A program made the position numbers and the translations under genes. A DNA stretch of 64,000 nucleotides, taken from NCBI RefSeq assembly GCF_018350175.1, contig NC_058383.1:8060001-8124000 (forward strand), given 5' to 3'. Under the pieces are notes generated by a model, which did not search any database, was not told the DNA's origin, and worked only from the letters and a program-made list of their open reading frames with translations. The stretch comes from Felis catus (lineage: Eukaryota). This document shows, piece after piece, positions 25,200-37,982 of the stretch. Position 1 is the first letter of the stretch; each line of letters begins with the position of its first letter.

Positions 25200-26600
25200 G
25201 CCCCGTTCCAAGAGTGGGGGTGGGGGCGGCAGGCGCGCGAGATTCCGAAGGAAGCGGTCTACTTGACAGGGATCCCTCTGGGCACCAGGCTCTGGGGACA
25301 GGTGGGAGAGCAATGGCGACGGGGTGGGGGAGGGATGACGGACAGCAAAGTGTCTCTGAACACCTAGGCGAAGTCCAGGTCCCAGTTATCTAGGTCACCG
25401 GACAGGGAGAGGTTGGGCTGTAGGGGGCGCAGCGGCTGACTTCCCCGGGCGGGGGTGGGGGGTGGGGGGTGGGGGACGGTGGCCTTCTGCTGCCCCCATT
25501 CCGCGGTGGAGGAGCACGCCAGCCCCGAGGCCCGCGGCCCCCTACCTCGCCGGAGCCGGAACCGGGGCGGGGAAGCCCAGACACGGAGCGGGGCCGGCCA
25601 CGCGGACAGCGAACGGTGCCGGTAGAGGGGTCTCTTCGGAGCCCCGAGGGTCGAGCTCGGGTGACGCGCGGGGACCGGAGCAGTCCCAACTCGGAGTGAG
25701 AATGTAGGGTCTGCGCTGCGGCTCAGTTCGGCACGCGGGCGCGAGCGGGGACATTCGGGGTTCGGGCGCTACGGGCACCTCCCGCGGCGACGCTCCGCCG
25801 GGCCGGGCGGCGGCTCCGAGGGGCGGAGACCCCAGCGACGTGGAGGAAACCCGGCCCGGATCTGGAGTGGACTCGGGGCGGCCTTGGGGAGGTGCGGGCG
25901 GAGAGCAGGTGCCCTGGCGGGGCGGGGGAGGGGGGGGGGGCGTGTGGACCTAGGTGGCGGGCGCAGCAGGATAGCCTCAAGTCTGGCGGACGAGACTCCG
26001 CCCCTTGTCCTGGCTAGGGAGCCGGACCTTAGGTGGAAGTGCCTTGGGGTTTGGGGGGGGGGAAGGGGGTACTGCTGGCTTAGTTATTGCCCCCACGTCC
26101 CTAGCACCTCTATGCTCTGTCCCGAAGCACCCCCCTCCCCCAATCTCGCAGTCCTCCCTCCGACCTCCCGCCGCCAGATAAGTCAGAGCGACTGGAAAGG
26201 GCACGCAGAGCCCTGGGGACCAGGTCAGAGAAACTGATCAAAGATACTGGAAAGTCGTGAAGATGGGGATGTGAGGGGACACCAGGAGACAGAAGCAGAG
26301 AGGCGGAAGGGAGCAGAGCGAGGCCAAGACCGGTCAGAGTGTCCACCCCTCCCCGGGGGGGGGGGGGCGCAGGGTAGCCTCGTCCCGCAGGTGCATCAGA
26401 GGCCTCAGCTCACGCTCAGCGGCTGGCCGGCAGGCAACCAGGCCCCCACAGGGCAGCACGCAGAAAGAAAAACTCCAGGTACACCCACGAACCCACTCCC
26501 TCACCCCCAGCACACGAACACAGACCTCTGCGCGCGCGCACACACGTCCTGGGGATCTCCGCACACGCTCTGCACCTCGTGCTAAACCGGGTGTGTGGGG
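25200..26600. promoter_or_regulatory. CpG island, probable NAT16 promoter/non-coding exon 1
   Basis: Very CpG-rich with GC boxes; minus-strand donor GAG|GTAGG near 25545, facing the NAT16 acceptor at 21695-21696. Confidence 0.5.
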
Positions 26601-26913
26601 GAAGGGTGGGAAGAACAGGCAAATGTGTCCAGGAGCACTGTCCCCAATGAGCTGGTGGCCCGGGCACTTAACTCCCGAGGGGGTCCTTCCCACCCTCCCC
26701 CCCAAAATGAGGTAAAAAACACCTGCAATTCTACCCTGTAAGGAACCAGGTAAGTGATGGATGGGGAAAGCCCTTCAGTGACTGTAAAATGCTGCAGGGA
26801 TTATTAAGGTCTGTTAGGGGTGAGAGCCCCTCTCCCTCGCCCTCCCTCCAGGGTCTGCCCAGCTGTCGTGCTCCTCCTGCCCCCAGAGTTAATTTCTCAC
26901 CTATCTCATTCCA

Positions 26914-27134
26914 CTTTTTTTTTTTAATTTTTTAAATGTTTATTTATTTATTTTGAGAGACAGAGACAGAGCATGAGCAGGGGAGGAGCAGAGAGAGAGA
27001 CACAGAATCCGAAACAGGCTCCAGGCTCCGAGCTGTCAGCACAGAGCCCGATGCGGGGCTCGAACTCACAAACCGTGAGATCATGACCTGAGCCGAAGCC
27101 GGGCGCTCAGCCGACTGAGCCACCCAGGCGCCCC
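26914..27134 (-). mobile_element. CAN-SINE (SINEC) with TSD CTCATTCCACTTTTT
   Basis: tRNA-derived head GGGGCGCCTGGGTGGCTCAGTCGG, (CT)n, AATAAA and A-tail on the minus strand; flanking duplication visible. Confidence 0.95.
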
Positions 27135-27489
27135 TCATTCCACTTTTTTCTACACTTTCCAATGGGCTGTGATCAGATGAAGGTTCATGTCGTGTTCCTC
27201 GGCTCCCACACACATGGCCACACAATAAGTAACTTGACAAGTTACTCAACCTCCCCCCACCCTCCTCCTCCTCCTTTTCTTAATAGGACTTCTCCCCATT
27301 TCTATTTTTTTTTTCTATTTCTGATTTTTAAAACTGCTAACACACTGCACATCTCAAAGCCGCAGTTCAGGTGGAACTTGCTCAATTGTGGGATAGCACG
27401 TCAAAAAGTTAGAGGAATTGGAGGAAAAAAAATCACTAGTGGCAGGCGGTAGATGCAACCAGGCTCTAATCCTCCCCCTTTTCACCAGA

Positions 27490-27645
27490 AGCCCCGCCTT
27501 CTGCTACCAGAAACTCTGGGATTGGTCCAACGTCCTCCACTTCCAGTTCCGTCAACCAATCAGAATAGAAAGTCCCCCCTCGCCCCGCCCCGCAAACTCT
27601 TCAAGTCCAAACCACTCTGAAGGAAGAAGTCAGCGCCCATTGGGC
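27490..27645. promoter_or_regulatory. CCAAT/GC-box-rich promoter-like element
   Basis: ATTGG 27521-27525, CCAAT 27556-27560, ATTGG 27639-27643; GC boxes near 27492 and 27583. Confidence 0.5.
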
Positions 27646-29057
27646 CGATCAAACACCGTCAGGGGCCCAAATCACCAAGCTCAGACTTCTGAAGTCTCAG
27701 CTCCCCAGAGGGGCTAGCGGGTGGTAGTGGTTGGAAGATGACTAATCTCTTGGCTGCCCCTCCCAGCGAGGGAGAACAGGAGGCTGTCAGCATCCTTAAG
27801 TGCTCTTAGGATGTTGGCAAGTGGGACATCACCCTGTGCCACTGTGCTTTAAAAGAGGCCGAGGTTAAGACCGGTGGGGATGGAAGAGTGCTCTGCTGGT
27901 AGAGGTCTGGGTTCCAGAGCCACCCTGTACCCCCTCCTGATGGTGAGCCACAGCACCACCCAGAATGTTTACAGAGCACTTTGACTTAATTCTCACAGCA
28001 CTGTAGGATGGGTGAGGCTGTATAGTAGGGGTTCCGAGAGGTCGCATGGTGTGGGCTAGGGACGCTGGGGGGTTTTCTGACTGCAAACTCAGACCCCACT
28101 GCCCACTCACCTCTCGGAGGTGCTTTGCAAGCTGTAAAGCAAGCAAATGTCAGTGCTGTTAATGTTGGAGATTTCCCTTAGTTGCTCTGAATTTTGTAAA
28201 CACCTATACCTTGGGGTCCCTATTGGCTTTGGCCCTCACGCTGGGCTTGCTTATTTGGGCCTTTTATTTGGGAGAGCTTGATGTTTTGTTTGCCTTCTCT
28301 CAGGGCAGGTGGGCCCTACTGTCAGCCGGGCAGTGCTGTCGCTCTCTGTCATTTCTTTTGGGCCCATCCTCTGCCGCAGGGGCCTCCCCATCCTTGCCTT
28401 TCTCTCCCACCCCTCATCCCCAACAGACCACCTTGGGTCTTCCTCCCTACCTTCTGAACACCTCCGCACCCCAGGATTCTTGTGTCCAGGACTTCCTCCT
28501 CCAGAGTTTGTGGGGTTTGACTTTTCTCCTCTCTGACCCCTCTTCACCCTCTGACTCTCCAAGCTGTGAGATCGAGGCTGAGACCCCTGCCCTCTCCCTG
28601 ATCCAGTGACCCCTCTGTCTGGGCAGTTCCCTAATCCACAAGTCAGGTCTTGACTTCCCAGGTCGTCTCCAGCTATCTGTGGGATGACATCAATTGGCTG
28701 ATAGCAGAGAAATAAAATATGCTTAACAGGAACTGAACTGGGCACCTCGTATGCTTTTTGTCGTACAACTTTCGTGACCAGCTCATCTGCAGATAAGGAA
28801 GGAGACCAAAGATCAGAGGGTTAAGTAATTGGCCCCAAGTCACAGAGCCAGAGAATCCATAAAAGTCTTACTTAGGATTATAACACTGAAAAGAATCATC
28901 CAGATCATCTCAGAAGGCAAAGTATCACAGATGCCACATACTCCTGGTGACTCACGGTTTCCTCATTTGTAAAGAGGGCATAGCACCTAACTTCCAGTAA
29001 AGATTGAATAAGATAACAAATGAAAAGTGCCTGACATTGCATAGAAATTCAATTAAA

Positions 29058-29276
29058 GGGGCGCCTGGGTGGCGCAGTCGGTTAAGCGTCCGGCTTCAGC
29101 CAGGTCACGATCTCGCGGTCCGTGAGTTCGAGCCCCGCGTCGGGCTCTGGGCTGATGGCTCGGAGCCTGTTTCCGATTCTGTGTCTCCCTCTCTCTCTGC
29201 CCCTCGCCCGTTCATGCTCTGTCTCTCTGTCTCAAAAATAAATAAACGTTGAAAAAAAAATTAAAAAAAAAAAAAA
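29058..29276 (+). mobile_element. Young felid SINE (SINEC_Fc-like)
   Basis: GGGGCGCCTGGGTGGCGCAGTCGGTTAAGCGTCC...CTTCAGCCAGGTCACGATCTCGCGGTCCGTGAG...GGGCTGATGGCTC; CpGs intact; long A tail. Confidence 0.9.
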
Positions 29277-30166
29277 GAACAAGGCTGATGTTACAGTTAA
29301 CTTTATGCCTTTGGCACTTTGTTCAAGTCTTGGGCACATAGTAAGACCTTAATAAGTATGTTACGAATGAATGAATGAATGAATGAATGAATGAATGAAT
29401 GACTTCAACCTGTTTCTAGAGTGGGGTAAGGCAATCACTTTGATCACTTATCAAAGGTCACCCACTGGGTAGAGGTAAGACCAGATTCCCGGTATCTTAA
29501 CCCCAAGCCAATGCACAACCCAGCCTCACGCTACATTTCTAAAGGGTCAGCGTGATGGCTCTGCTTAGAAGTCCCTGAAGTTCCGCCTCGTCTCTCCCCA
29601 CTCATCACCAGGTTCCTCTCTCCAGTCCACATCATGCAACACCAGTAACATCTGTCATTCATTCATTCGGCAAACATTAATGTCATCTTCTATGGGCCTG
29701 GTTGACCCACTTCTGCTCTCAAAGACTTCAGTCGAGTTAGCCATCCACTTTTATTCTGGACAATACCTAATACAAACAAAAACAGAACAGGGGCACCTGG
29801 GTGGCTCAATAGGTTAAGCGTCCAACTCTTGATTTAGGCTCAGGTCACGATCTCATGGTCGAGGGATGGAGTGCCACACTGGGCTCCTCACTGAGTGTGG
29901 AGCCTGCTTGGGGTTTTCTCTCTCCCTCCCTCTTTGCCTCTTCTCTACTCACATGCACACCCTCCCTCAAAATAAATAAATAAACATTAGAAAAAAAAAT
30001 AGGACAGTATAGTGAAGCCCCACTAGCCTATCATTAGCTTCAACAATTATCAACTCATAGCTGATATCGCCCTACATGGCAAGCATCCCAATATTTTGAA
30101 ACCAATTTCAGACATCGTATTGTTTCACTGGTATTGCAAGAAATCATTTTAATGGCATTATCACAG

Positions 30167-31142
30167 TGATATGGATGGAATTGTGCCTTCCCCCCAAGTC
30201 GTATGTTGAAGCCCTAACCCCTAATGTGACTGTATCTGGAGACAGAGCCTGTAAGGAGGTAATTAAGGCTAAATGAGGTCATAAGGGCGGGGCCCAAATC
30301 CCACAGAATTATAAAAGGAAGAGACACCAGAGATTTCTCTCTACCCATTACGCATTTGCAGAAAGAAAGGTAGAGGAGGCAGAGAGAAGTTGGCTGTCTA
30401 CAGTTCAGGAAGAAAGCTCTCGCCAGAAGACGAATCTGCCAGCACCTGGATCATCACGGACTTCTAGCCTCAGAACCATGAGAAATGAATGTCTGTTGCT
30501 TACACCCTGTGTGTGGTGTCTTCTTATGATGATGCCTGAGCCGACTAAACACACACCTAAAACACTTCCTCCCTCCCTCTCTCTCCCTTTCCTCACTCAC
30601 TCTAGGGGAAGCCAGCTTCCTTGTCTTGAGAGACTCAGCCAGCCCTGTGGAGAAGCCCATTCAACAAAGACCTGAGGCCTCAATCGAACCACGGGGAAGT
30701 GAGTCCTGTCACCAACCATGTGAGTGAACTTGGAAGCAGATCCTTCACCCCCAGTTGAGCCTTGAGATACTACAGTCCTGGTCAGTAGCTTTAACGCAGC
30801 CTGAGAATTCTAGACCAGAATCTCCCAGCTAAGCCCGAAACTATGCTACAATAAATGTTTGTTCTTTTTTTTTTTTTAACGTTTATTTATTTTTGAGACA
30901 GAGAGAGACAGAGCATGAACGGGGGAGGGTCAGAGAGAGGGAGACACAGTATCTGAAACAGGCTCCAGGCTCTGAGCTGTCAGCACAGAGCCCGACGCGG
31001 GGCTCGAACTCACGGACCGTGAGATCATGACCTGAGCCGCAGTCGGACGCTTAACCCACCAAGCCACCCAGGCGCCCCAGTGTTTGTTCTTTTAAGCTGG
31101 TAGGTTTAGGGGTTATCTCCTCTGCAGGAACAGGGAACTGAT
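30167..31142 (+). mobile_element. MaLR (MLT1/MST-type) LTR remnants with a minus-strand CAN-SINE inserted at 30866-31078
   Basis: TGATATGGATGGAATTGTG...TATGTTGAAGCCCTAACCCC MaLR start; AATAAATGTTTGTT 3' region split by the SINE with TSD TGTTTGTTCTTT. Confidence 0.7.
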
Positions 31143-31349
31143 CAAGTTGATACATATTTTAGACTTATTTTAATCTACATAGTTCCCTTCCACCTCTCCC
31201 TTTTTGCAACTATTTGTTGAAGAAACAAGATTGGTTGTTCCCTATAAATGTCCTCACCATCTGGATTATGCTGATTACACCTCCATGGTGTTGTTTACCA
31301 TATTTTTCTCTCCTCTGCTTTTCTTGTAGGCTGGGAATTAAATCAACAT

Positions 31350-32367
31350 GCCCTGTCCAGTATGGTAGCCATTAGTCACTCGTGGCTATTGGGCATCTGA
31401 AATGTGGCAGGCACAACTGAGGAACAGAGCTTTTTATTTCATTTCATTTGAATTAAAATTTAAAATAGATAACTGATCTAGTTATTGGAAAACTTGAAAA
31501 AAATGTACTTTTAAGTCATGTCTGCACCCAACGTGGGGCTTGAACTTACAACCCCAAGATCAAGAGTAGCTCACTCTTCTGACTGAGCCTCCAGGCAACC
31601 CTGGAAAACTTTTAAGTATGTTCAGAGTAACTTTTTCACTTGTGAATTTTACAAACTTTAAATATGGATCAAACATTTCCAGTGGATGTTTAGCGTCTAA
31701 ACTGAAATATGTTCTTTTTTTAAAATTTTTACTTTTATTTTAGAGAGAGACAGAGAGTGAGAGAGAGCAGAGAAGGGGCAGAAGGGGGGAGGGAGAGAGA
31801 ATCTCAAGCAGGCTCCACACTTGGTGTGGAGCCTGACGTGGAGTTTGATCTCACGACCCCAGGATTTCGACCTGAGTCGAAATCAAGTCAGACGCTCAAC
31901 CGACTTAGCCACCAAGATGCCCCTAAATGGAAATATGTTCTAAGTGTACAATACAAACCAGATTTCAAGGACTTAGCCCCAAAGGAAAGTGTGTAAAATA
32001 TCTCATTACTGTTTTTGTATTACACATTGAAAGAATATGTTGGACATATTGGGCTAAATAAAAAATATTATTAAAATTAATTCCACCAATTTTCTCTTTA
32101 TCATTTTATTGTATTATTTTATTTTAATGTATTTATTTAAGTAGGCTCCACACCCAACATGGGGCTTGAACTCATGATCCTGAGATCAAGAATCACAGGT
32201 GTGGGGCACCTGGGTGGCTCAGTGGGTTAAGCAACCAACTTCTGCGTAGGTCATGATCTCTTGGTTGGTGGGTCCGAGCCCCTTGTCAGGCTCTGTGTGC
32301 TGACAGTTTGGAGGCTGGAGCCTGCTTCGGATTCTGTGTCTCCCTCTCTTTCTCTGCCCCTTCCCCA

Positions 32368-32409
<42 letters not shown>

Positions 32410-32530
32410 AATAAATAAACTTAAAAAAAAAAAAAAAGAATCACACGCTCTACCAACTGAGTCAGCCAGGCACTCCTCTTTCTCTTTTTAAAGTAGTTAC
32501 TAAGAAAAGCTTAAATCATACATGCACTTT
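31350..32530. mobile_element. Fragmented hAT-Charlie (MER3/MER33-like) element interrupted by several CAN-SINEs
   Basis: CTGTCCAGTATGGTAGCCATTAGTCACTCGTGGCTATTG...AAATGTGGC motif; SINEs near 31510-31602, 31715-31924 and 32130-32476. Confidence 0.6.
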
Positions 32531-33923
32531 TTTAGGAAGGACTGTATTCTTCCATCAAAGGCTCAAATGTAGTTTATCTTGTTGGAATCTTACCAGATGC
32601 TGTCGCTCAAGACTTCAATCCAATCCGTTATTAGGGCCTGCAAAATGTTGATACTCTTATTCTGTCATTCTAGGTGTTTCTGTGTTTGTTTTAACTAGTT
32701 GGAAAACACCTATAAAAGAAAACTTGTTCTTCTGTGCTCTGATTACCCTGAGGCATAGTTTGTGAAGGACAGCCAGGATGAATGCTTAAAATGTTTCCTT
32801 TTATTTGTTAATTTTCAAAATAACAAGTTGATGCCTTAGCAATTTTCAGTGGTGATCAACTCTTCTTTTTAGAACCACTATGAACTCATGGACTTTTAAA
32901 CACGTTTAATGTGATACAGTTACTGTCCCTTCCTGATGTCTCGAGGTATCCAACTGTTCGGATAAACTGGTGCTTTACAGTGACACAGAAGGGTCATGAG
33001 CGATCCTTACAGAGAGAGTTACCGGGATGCAGAGGTGGGATGGGCTGAGCCTGCCTGGCAGGCTGGTAGGTTAAGGGAGGTGTCCTGGAAGTGGGACCTG
33101 AACTGAGCAGTAAACATTCCCCCCCCAGAGGATGAAGGACAAGGTCCCGCCAGCAGGAGGGGAAAGCGAGAGCAAAGCCCGAGGCAAGCAACAGCCGGCT
33201 TCACCAGAACAAGCAGTTCTGGGTTGCACGCATCCATCCGGTAGGTAGGGGCTGGCCAGCAGGGGGCGTGTGGTGGAGGGCCGGGGGAGGCAGTGGGCAG
33301 GGGAGGGAGGGAGAAGGGAGGAGAGGGAAGGAGAGGGGAAGGGTTTTAAGCAGGAGTGACACCTTTGCCTTGCGAGTAGAGACAGCCCTCTGGTGGCCAC
33401 ATGGAGGATAGCAGGGAAGGAAAAAGCCTGAGAGCAGGCAGAGAGCCGAACTCGTGAAGTTTCTTGGGTTCGTGTATTTATAAGTTAGACTCTTCCAGAT
33501 CAGGAGGAGAAATTACAGTGTTGGGGCTTATTATCCAGCTACACCGGAGGAGGAATGGCACAGGGAAGTTCAGTAACGGTTGAAAACAGAACAGACCCTC
33601 AGGACAGGCTAGTGATCCATGTTCTTTCTGTGCACCTGCCCGGCACACGTCCTCAAGGAAAGATCTCATGGCAAATGCTGACCACTTGCACCGAACATAA
33701 TTTCTACAAGAGACCACCCCTGGATGGGTGCAGTCCCAGGCACAAGCAGAGAGGACTTTTGTGTGATTTTTTTTTTTTTTAAGTATGCTCCACGCCCAGC
33801 GCAGAGCCCAGTGCAGGCCTTGAACTCACGACCCTGAGATCAAGACGCGAGTTGTGATTGAGAGTCGGGTGCTCAACCGCCTGAGCCACCCAGGCACCCC
33901 TGTGTGAATTTTTAAAAAACACC

Positions 33924-34340
33924 TGTTGTGGGTTGAATTGTGGTCCCCTGCCTCAAAGAGATATATGGAAGTCCTAACCCCTCCTACCCATGAAAGAGAC
34001 CTTATTTGAAAATAGGTTCTTTGCAGACATAATCCTATCAAGCTGAAGTCACCCTAATCAAGTATGACCGATGTTCTATACGGAGAGGGAACTTTGGACA
34101 TGACACAGAGGGGAAGGCCGTGTGACAACAGAGGCAGAGACTGGGTGATGTCGCAGCAGCTGAGGTTGATGACACCACCAGGGGCTGGAAGACGGGAAGG
34201 AGGGCTTCTCTACTGGTTTCAGAGGGAGCAGACCCTGCTGACACCTTGATTTTGGCCTCTGAACAGTGAGACAATAAACTTGTTGTTTTAAATCACCAGA
34301 TGAGTGGCACTTTGTTACAGCTCCCTAGAAAACCAGTATA
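33924..34340 (+). mobile_element. MLT1B/C-like MaLR solo LTR
   Basis: TGTTGTGGGTTGAATTGTG...GAAGTCCTAACCCC...GACCTTATTTGAAAATAGG...CCCTGCTGACACCTTGATTT...ACAATAAAC...TTTGTTACAGC. Confidence 0.75.
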
Positions 34341-37300
34341 GCTCCCTTCCTTCCCATGATGGGTACGCTGGCCCCCTCTCTGGCTCTGTGAAGGGACCCC
34401 CAAGCCCTCCCGGCCCTCTGCTGGGCTTCCCGGTGCTGGGCACAACCTGCACACCGGGCGGCTGGTTCCCTCCACAGCAGGTCTCTTGGACCAGGTCCCT
34501 TCATCTGTTCGGCACTCGTCATGCACTAGGCGTGGCGATCGCCATAACGTGGTCGAAACGCAAAAACGAGCAAGACATACTTCCTGCCCTCAACGTTAGC
34601 ATTTAGGAACATGAGATGAAAGATTATGAGCAAGCCCGATGTTGGGGTAGCAGAACACCTAATGTGATGGTGCCCGTAACGTGATCACGTAATGCAATGC
34701 AATGTAATTTCACGCAATGTAATTCTTGTGAGGTGGCTGTGGTCAGGAAAAGATCTTGTGTCGAGATAATAGTGACACCAGCTGATGTTTGTTGAACACC
34801 CTGCCAGGTGCCACGCTAAGCCCTTTGCACGTGTACCTCATTTAGAGCTCAGTGTGGACACTGTGGTGTAGATGACAGGATCAGAGCCTGCCACTATCCG
34901 CACGTGGTAAGTGCTCAACACCGGGGTGGGGGCTTGGGGGAGGGGTTGGGCTGTGACTTGACGGTAGGGGTTCCATCTAGTCTCCAGGCAGGAAGGAGAG
35001 GCGAGTCAGGCCCGGTTGGGAAGCTGGACTGGGCTCTACCTGAGGGGGACCTCGAATGCTCTGCTGAGGATTTTTACACCTTTTAACAACAAGGATCCAA
35101 AGAGAGTGGGGATCCAAAAGGGAGAATTAGATGATGAAAACAGCATTTTAGGAGGAGCGTCTTGACAGCAAGAGAGGGTGTTGGATGGGAGACAAGAGAC
35201 AAGACCCCTGATCGCTCAGGAGTGGTCCCAGAGGGAGTCCACGGAGGGATGGGGTCATGGAGGAGAAGGAGACGCTAAAAACCACTTAGCAGGAGGACAC
35301 AAGAGGCCAGGAATTTTGAGTGCGGTTCTGGAAGGTGGGGAGAGAGGAAGGAGGTGAAGCCAAGACAGATGCATGAAAAACAATGGTTGGAAAGCAGGAT
35401 GACAGAATAAAAATGGGACCAGAGGACACTTAACCGTCAGCGCAGCTAGGATCAGAGCATGGCTGCAGAGGTTACTTGGGGAGGCTCAGGAGAGGGTAGG
35501 AGGTGTGCCAAGGCCTCCTGAAACCTATGGCCTCCACCCAGTCTGGGCTGGCTTCCAGGAGAGGAAGGCTGCTGGTGGAGGTGCCTCCAGGGCCAACCCA
35601 GTTGTAACTGGATGTCTAGGCTTCTGTTTCTCTCCAGCCTCGAGCCAATCCCTCCCACCCCCTGACTTTATTGGTCTTGGATTTCAGACAGGGGCAACAA
35701 ATGATGGGGAATGAAGTCCCCTCCTCCCTCTCTCCCTGAGTCCTCAAAGGTCCCCTTCCTCACCTGTCACCCAGCCCAACCTCCCCTCCCTAGAGATAGG
35801 CACCTACCGCTCACAGGGGACAATGGCAGGGGGCTTCTTGGAGGAAGGCCCGTGGCAATCTAATCCCCATACTGCCAGCTCTTGGTGGCCAGTTCTCACT
35901 AGAAGTTGGTGCTTTTGTCCCTCGGGGGAAGAACCCAGAGAAAAACACATGTGATGCTACCCTTAAAGTTTGGGATGAGGCACAAAGGTCCTGCATTCCA
36001 AAAGGGGCCAGAGCAGATCGCATGCAATGAGCAAGAATGTATTGCCCAAGCAAATAGTTGAGAAGTGACCCTTGAGTCCCTGACCCATGACAAGGATTGG
36101 ACACAAAGGAGAGAAGTGGGTGGGGGGAGGGGGGCTTTCAGAGCTCGAGGGCAAGGCTTACTTCCACAAGATCGGTGACATAGGTTGCAAGGCTCAAAGA
36201 GCTCGGTACGCCCCTGTGTTTGTTGGACGTGCCCACAGAGAAGTCTAATGGCCAGACTGTAGCTGACTGGAGGTTCCCTCCAGGAAAGAAGGAAAGACAG
36301 TGGTTGCATTGAGGTCAGCCTGTACTCTAGTCGCATCTGGGCTAAGGGTGTTCAAACCTGGGGCGCCTGGGCGACTGGTTGTCAAGCATCTGACTTCGGC
36401 TAGGTCATGATCTCATGGTTTGTGAGTTCGAGCCCTACATCAGGTGAGCTCAAGTCCCGCTTCGGATGTCAGACGTTCAACTGACTGAGCCACCCAGGTG
36501 CCCCTCTATAGTACAACTTAAGGTGGATGAAGAAGTTATTACCTGAGAATGACCCAGATAAGTCACAGGAGTGCCCAGATTATCATGCGGGAACAAGAAA
36601 AACTTCTCCCACTGAATGTATTGTACAGGACAATATAGGACAGTGGGAGACAGGTATGGTTACGTCCCAATTACATTTCAACAAGGTATTCTTACGTCCT
36701 GGACACAGACGCACAGCCAGTCCGTAAATGGGACTGACATAGTCAGAGGACGCTATGACCACACGAGGTCCCCCTAGACTGTTCGGTCTTACCCTCTGGT
36801 TGGACCGATGCCATGCCCATCATGGGGATGACAATATTTTGCCAATCTCTGTCCTAAGCCCTTAATTTTTTTTTTTTTTAAGTTTATTTATTTCGAGAGA
36901 GACAGAGACAGAGATAGCACAAGCAGGGGACGGGCTAATAGAGAGTGAGGGAAAATCCCAAGCAGGGGCTTGGGGCTCAAACTCATGAAACTGTGAGATC
37001 ATGAACCTGATCTCAAGAATTGGACACTCAGCCGATGGAGCCCCCCAGGCGCCCCAGCCCTTCAATATTAATTCTTTGATCTTGACCGGAGTTCTGTGCT
37101 TGTTGGGTAACTGGGTTCCTGTTGACCTAATGCTGGGCTCGCAGTAAGTAGGGCTCAATGCCGGTCAGGTAGGTCCTCGTTTCCCCTCAGCTCCCAGCTA
37201 CGAGGCGACCCAAAGGACAGAGAGAGGGGGTGGAAGCGAGCAGCGTACCTTTCTCGTACAACTGGAGATCATTTCCCTCCCCACGAGGCCAGATGCCCTC

Positions 37301-37911
37301 GACCAAGCTCAGCATTTGCTCACGCTCTTGCGCCAGGCATCCTGTCTTCTGCAGCCCACCCTGCAACGCCTAGCACGCCCCCCCCCACCCCCGCAAGAGC
37401 CACCCTCCTCAACTCAATCCTGAGACCCTGCGGCTCTCCGCGAAGCAGATGCCTTCATTCACAGAGATAAAAGGGCTCAGCAAAGGAAAGAAACCTATGC
37501 ACGATCCTGCAGCAGGATTAAGTCTTGCCGGGAGGAGAATTCAGGATTCTGACACCCAATCTAAGGCAGCAGCTCCAGGGGCGTCTGGGTGGCTTAGCCT
37601 GTTAAGCGTCCGACTTTGGCTCAGGTCATGATCTCGTGGTTCGTGGGTTCGAGCCCCGCGTCGGGCTCTGTGCTGACAGCTCGAAGCTTGAAGCCTGCTT
37701 CGGATTCTGTGTCTCCCTCTCTCTCTCTCTGCCCCTCCCCCGCTCACATGTTTTCTCCGTCTCTCAAAAATGGATCAATGTTAAAAAAAAAAAAAAAAGA
37801 TACTAGAGCAGCTCCGTGGCACGTGAGAGTGGGGGCGGGTTACCCACGGAGGCACAGCGTGAGCCCTGCAGGCAGCCGGTTCTACAAAGCAGTGGAGGGA
37901 GAGAAGCAGCT

Positions 37912-37917
37912 TTTATT
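37912..37917 (-). terminator. MOGAT3 polyadenylation signal
   Basis: TTTATT on the + strand, 65 nt after the stop. Confidence 0.8.
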
Positions 37918-37982
37918 GGAGTGGTACAGCTGGCCATAGGTGGAGGTCCCAGGGGGCTGGGGGCTGGGGGGCGGGGAAGAGG

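Noticed and set aside
29058-29140. tRNA-like A/B-box sequences
   Set aside because: These are tRNA-derived CAN-SINE heads, not tRNA genes
37249-37348. 100-nt open exon-like segment (KTGCLAQEREQMLSLVEGIWPRGEGNDLQLYEK) downstream of MOGAT3
   Set aside because: The acceptor lacks a polypyrimidine tract (G-rich upstream); no recognisable homology or partner exons
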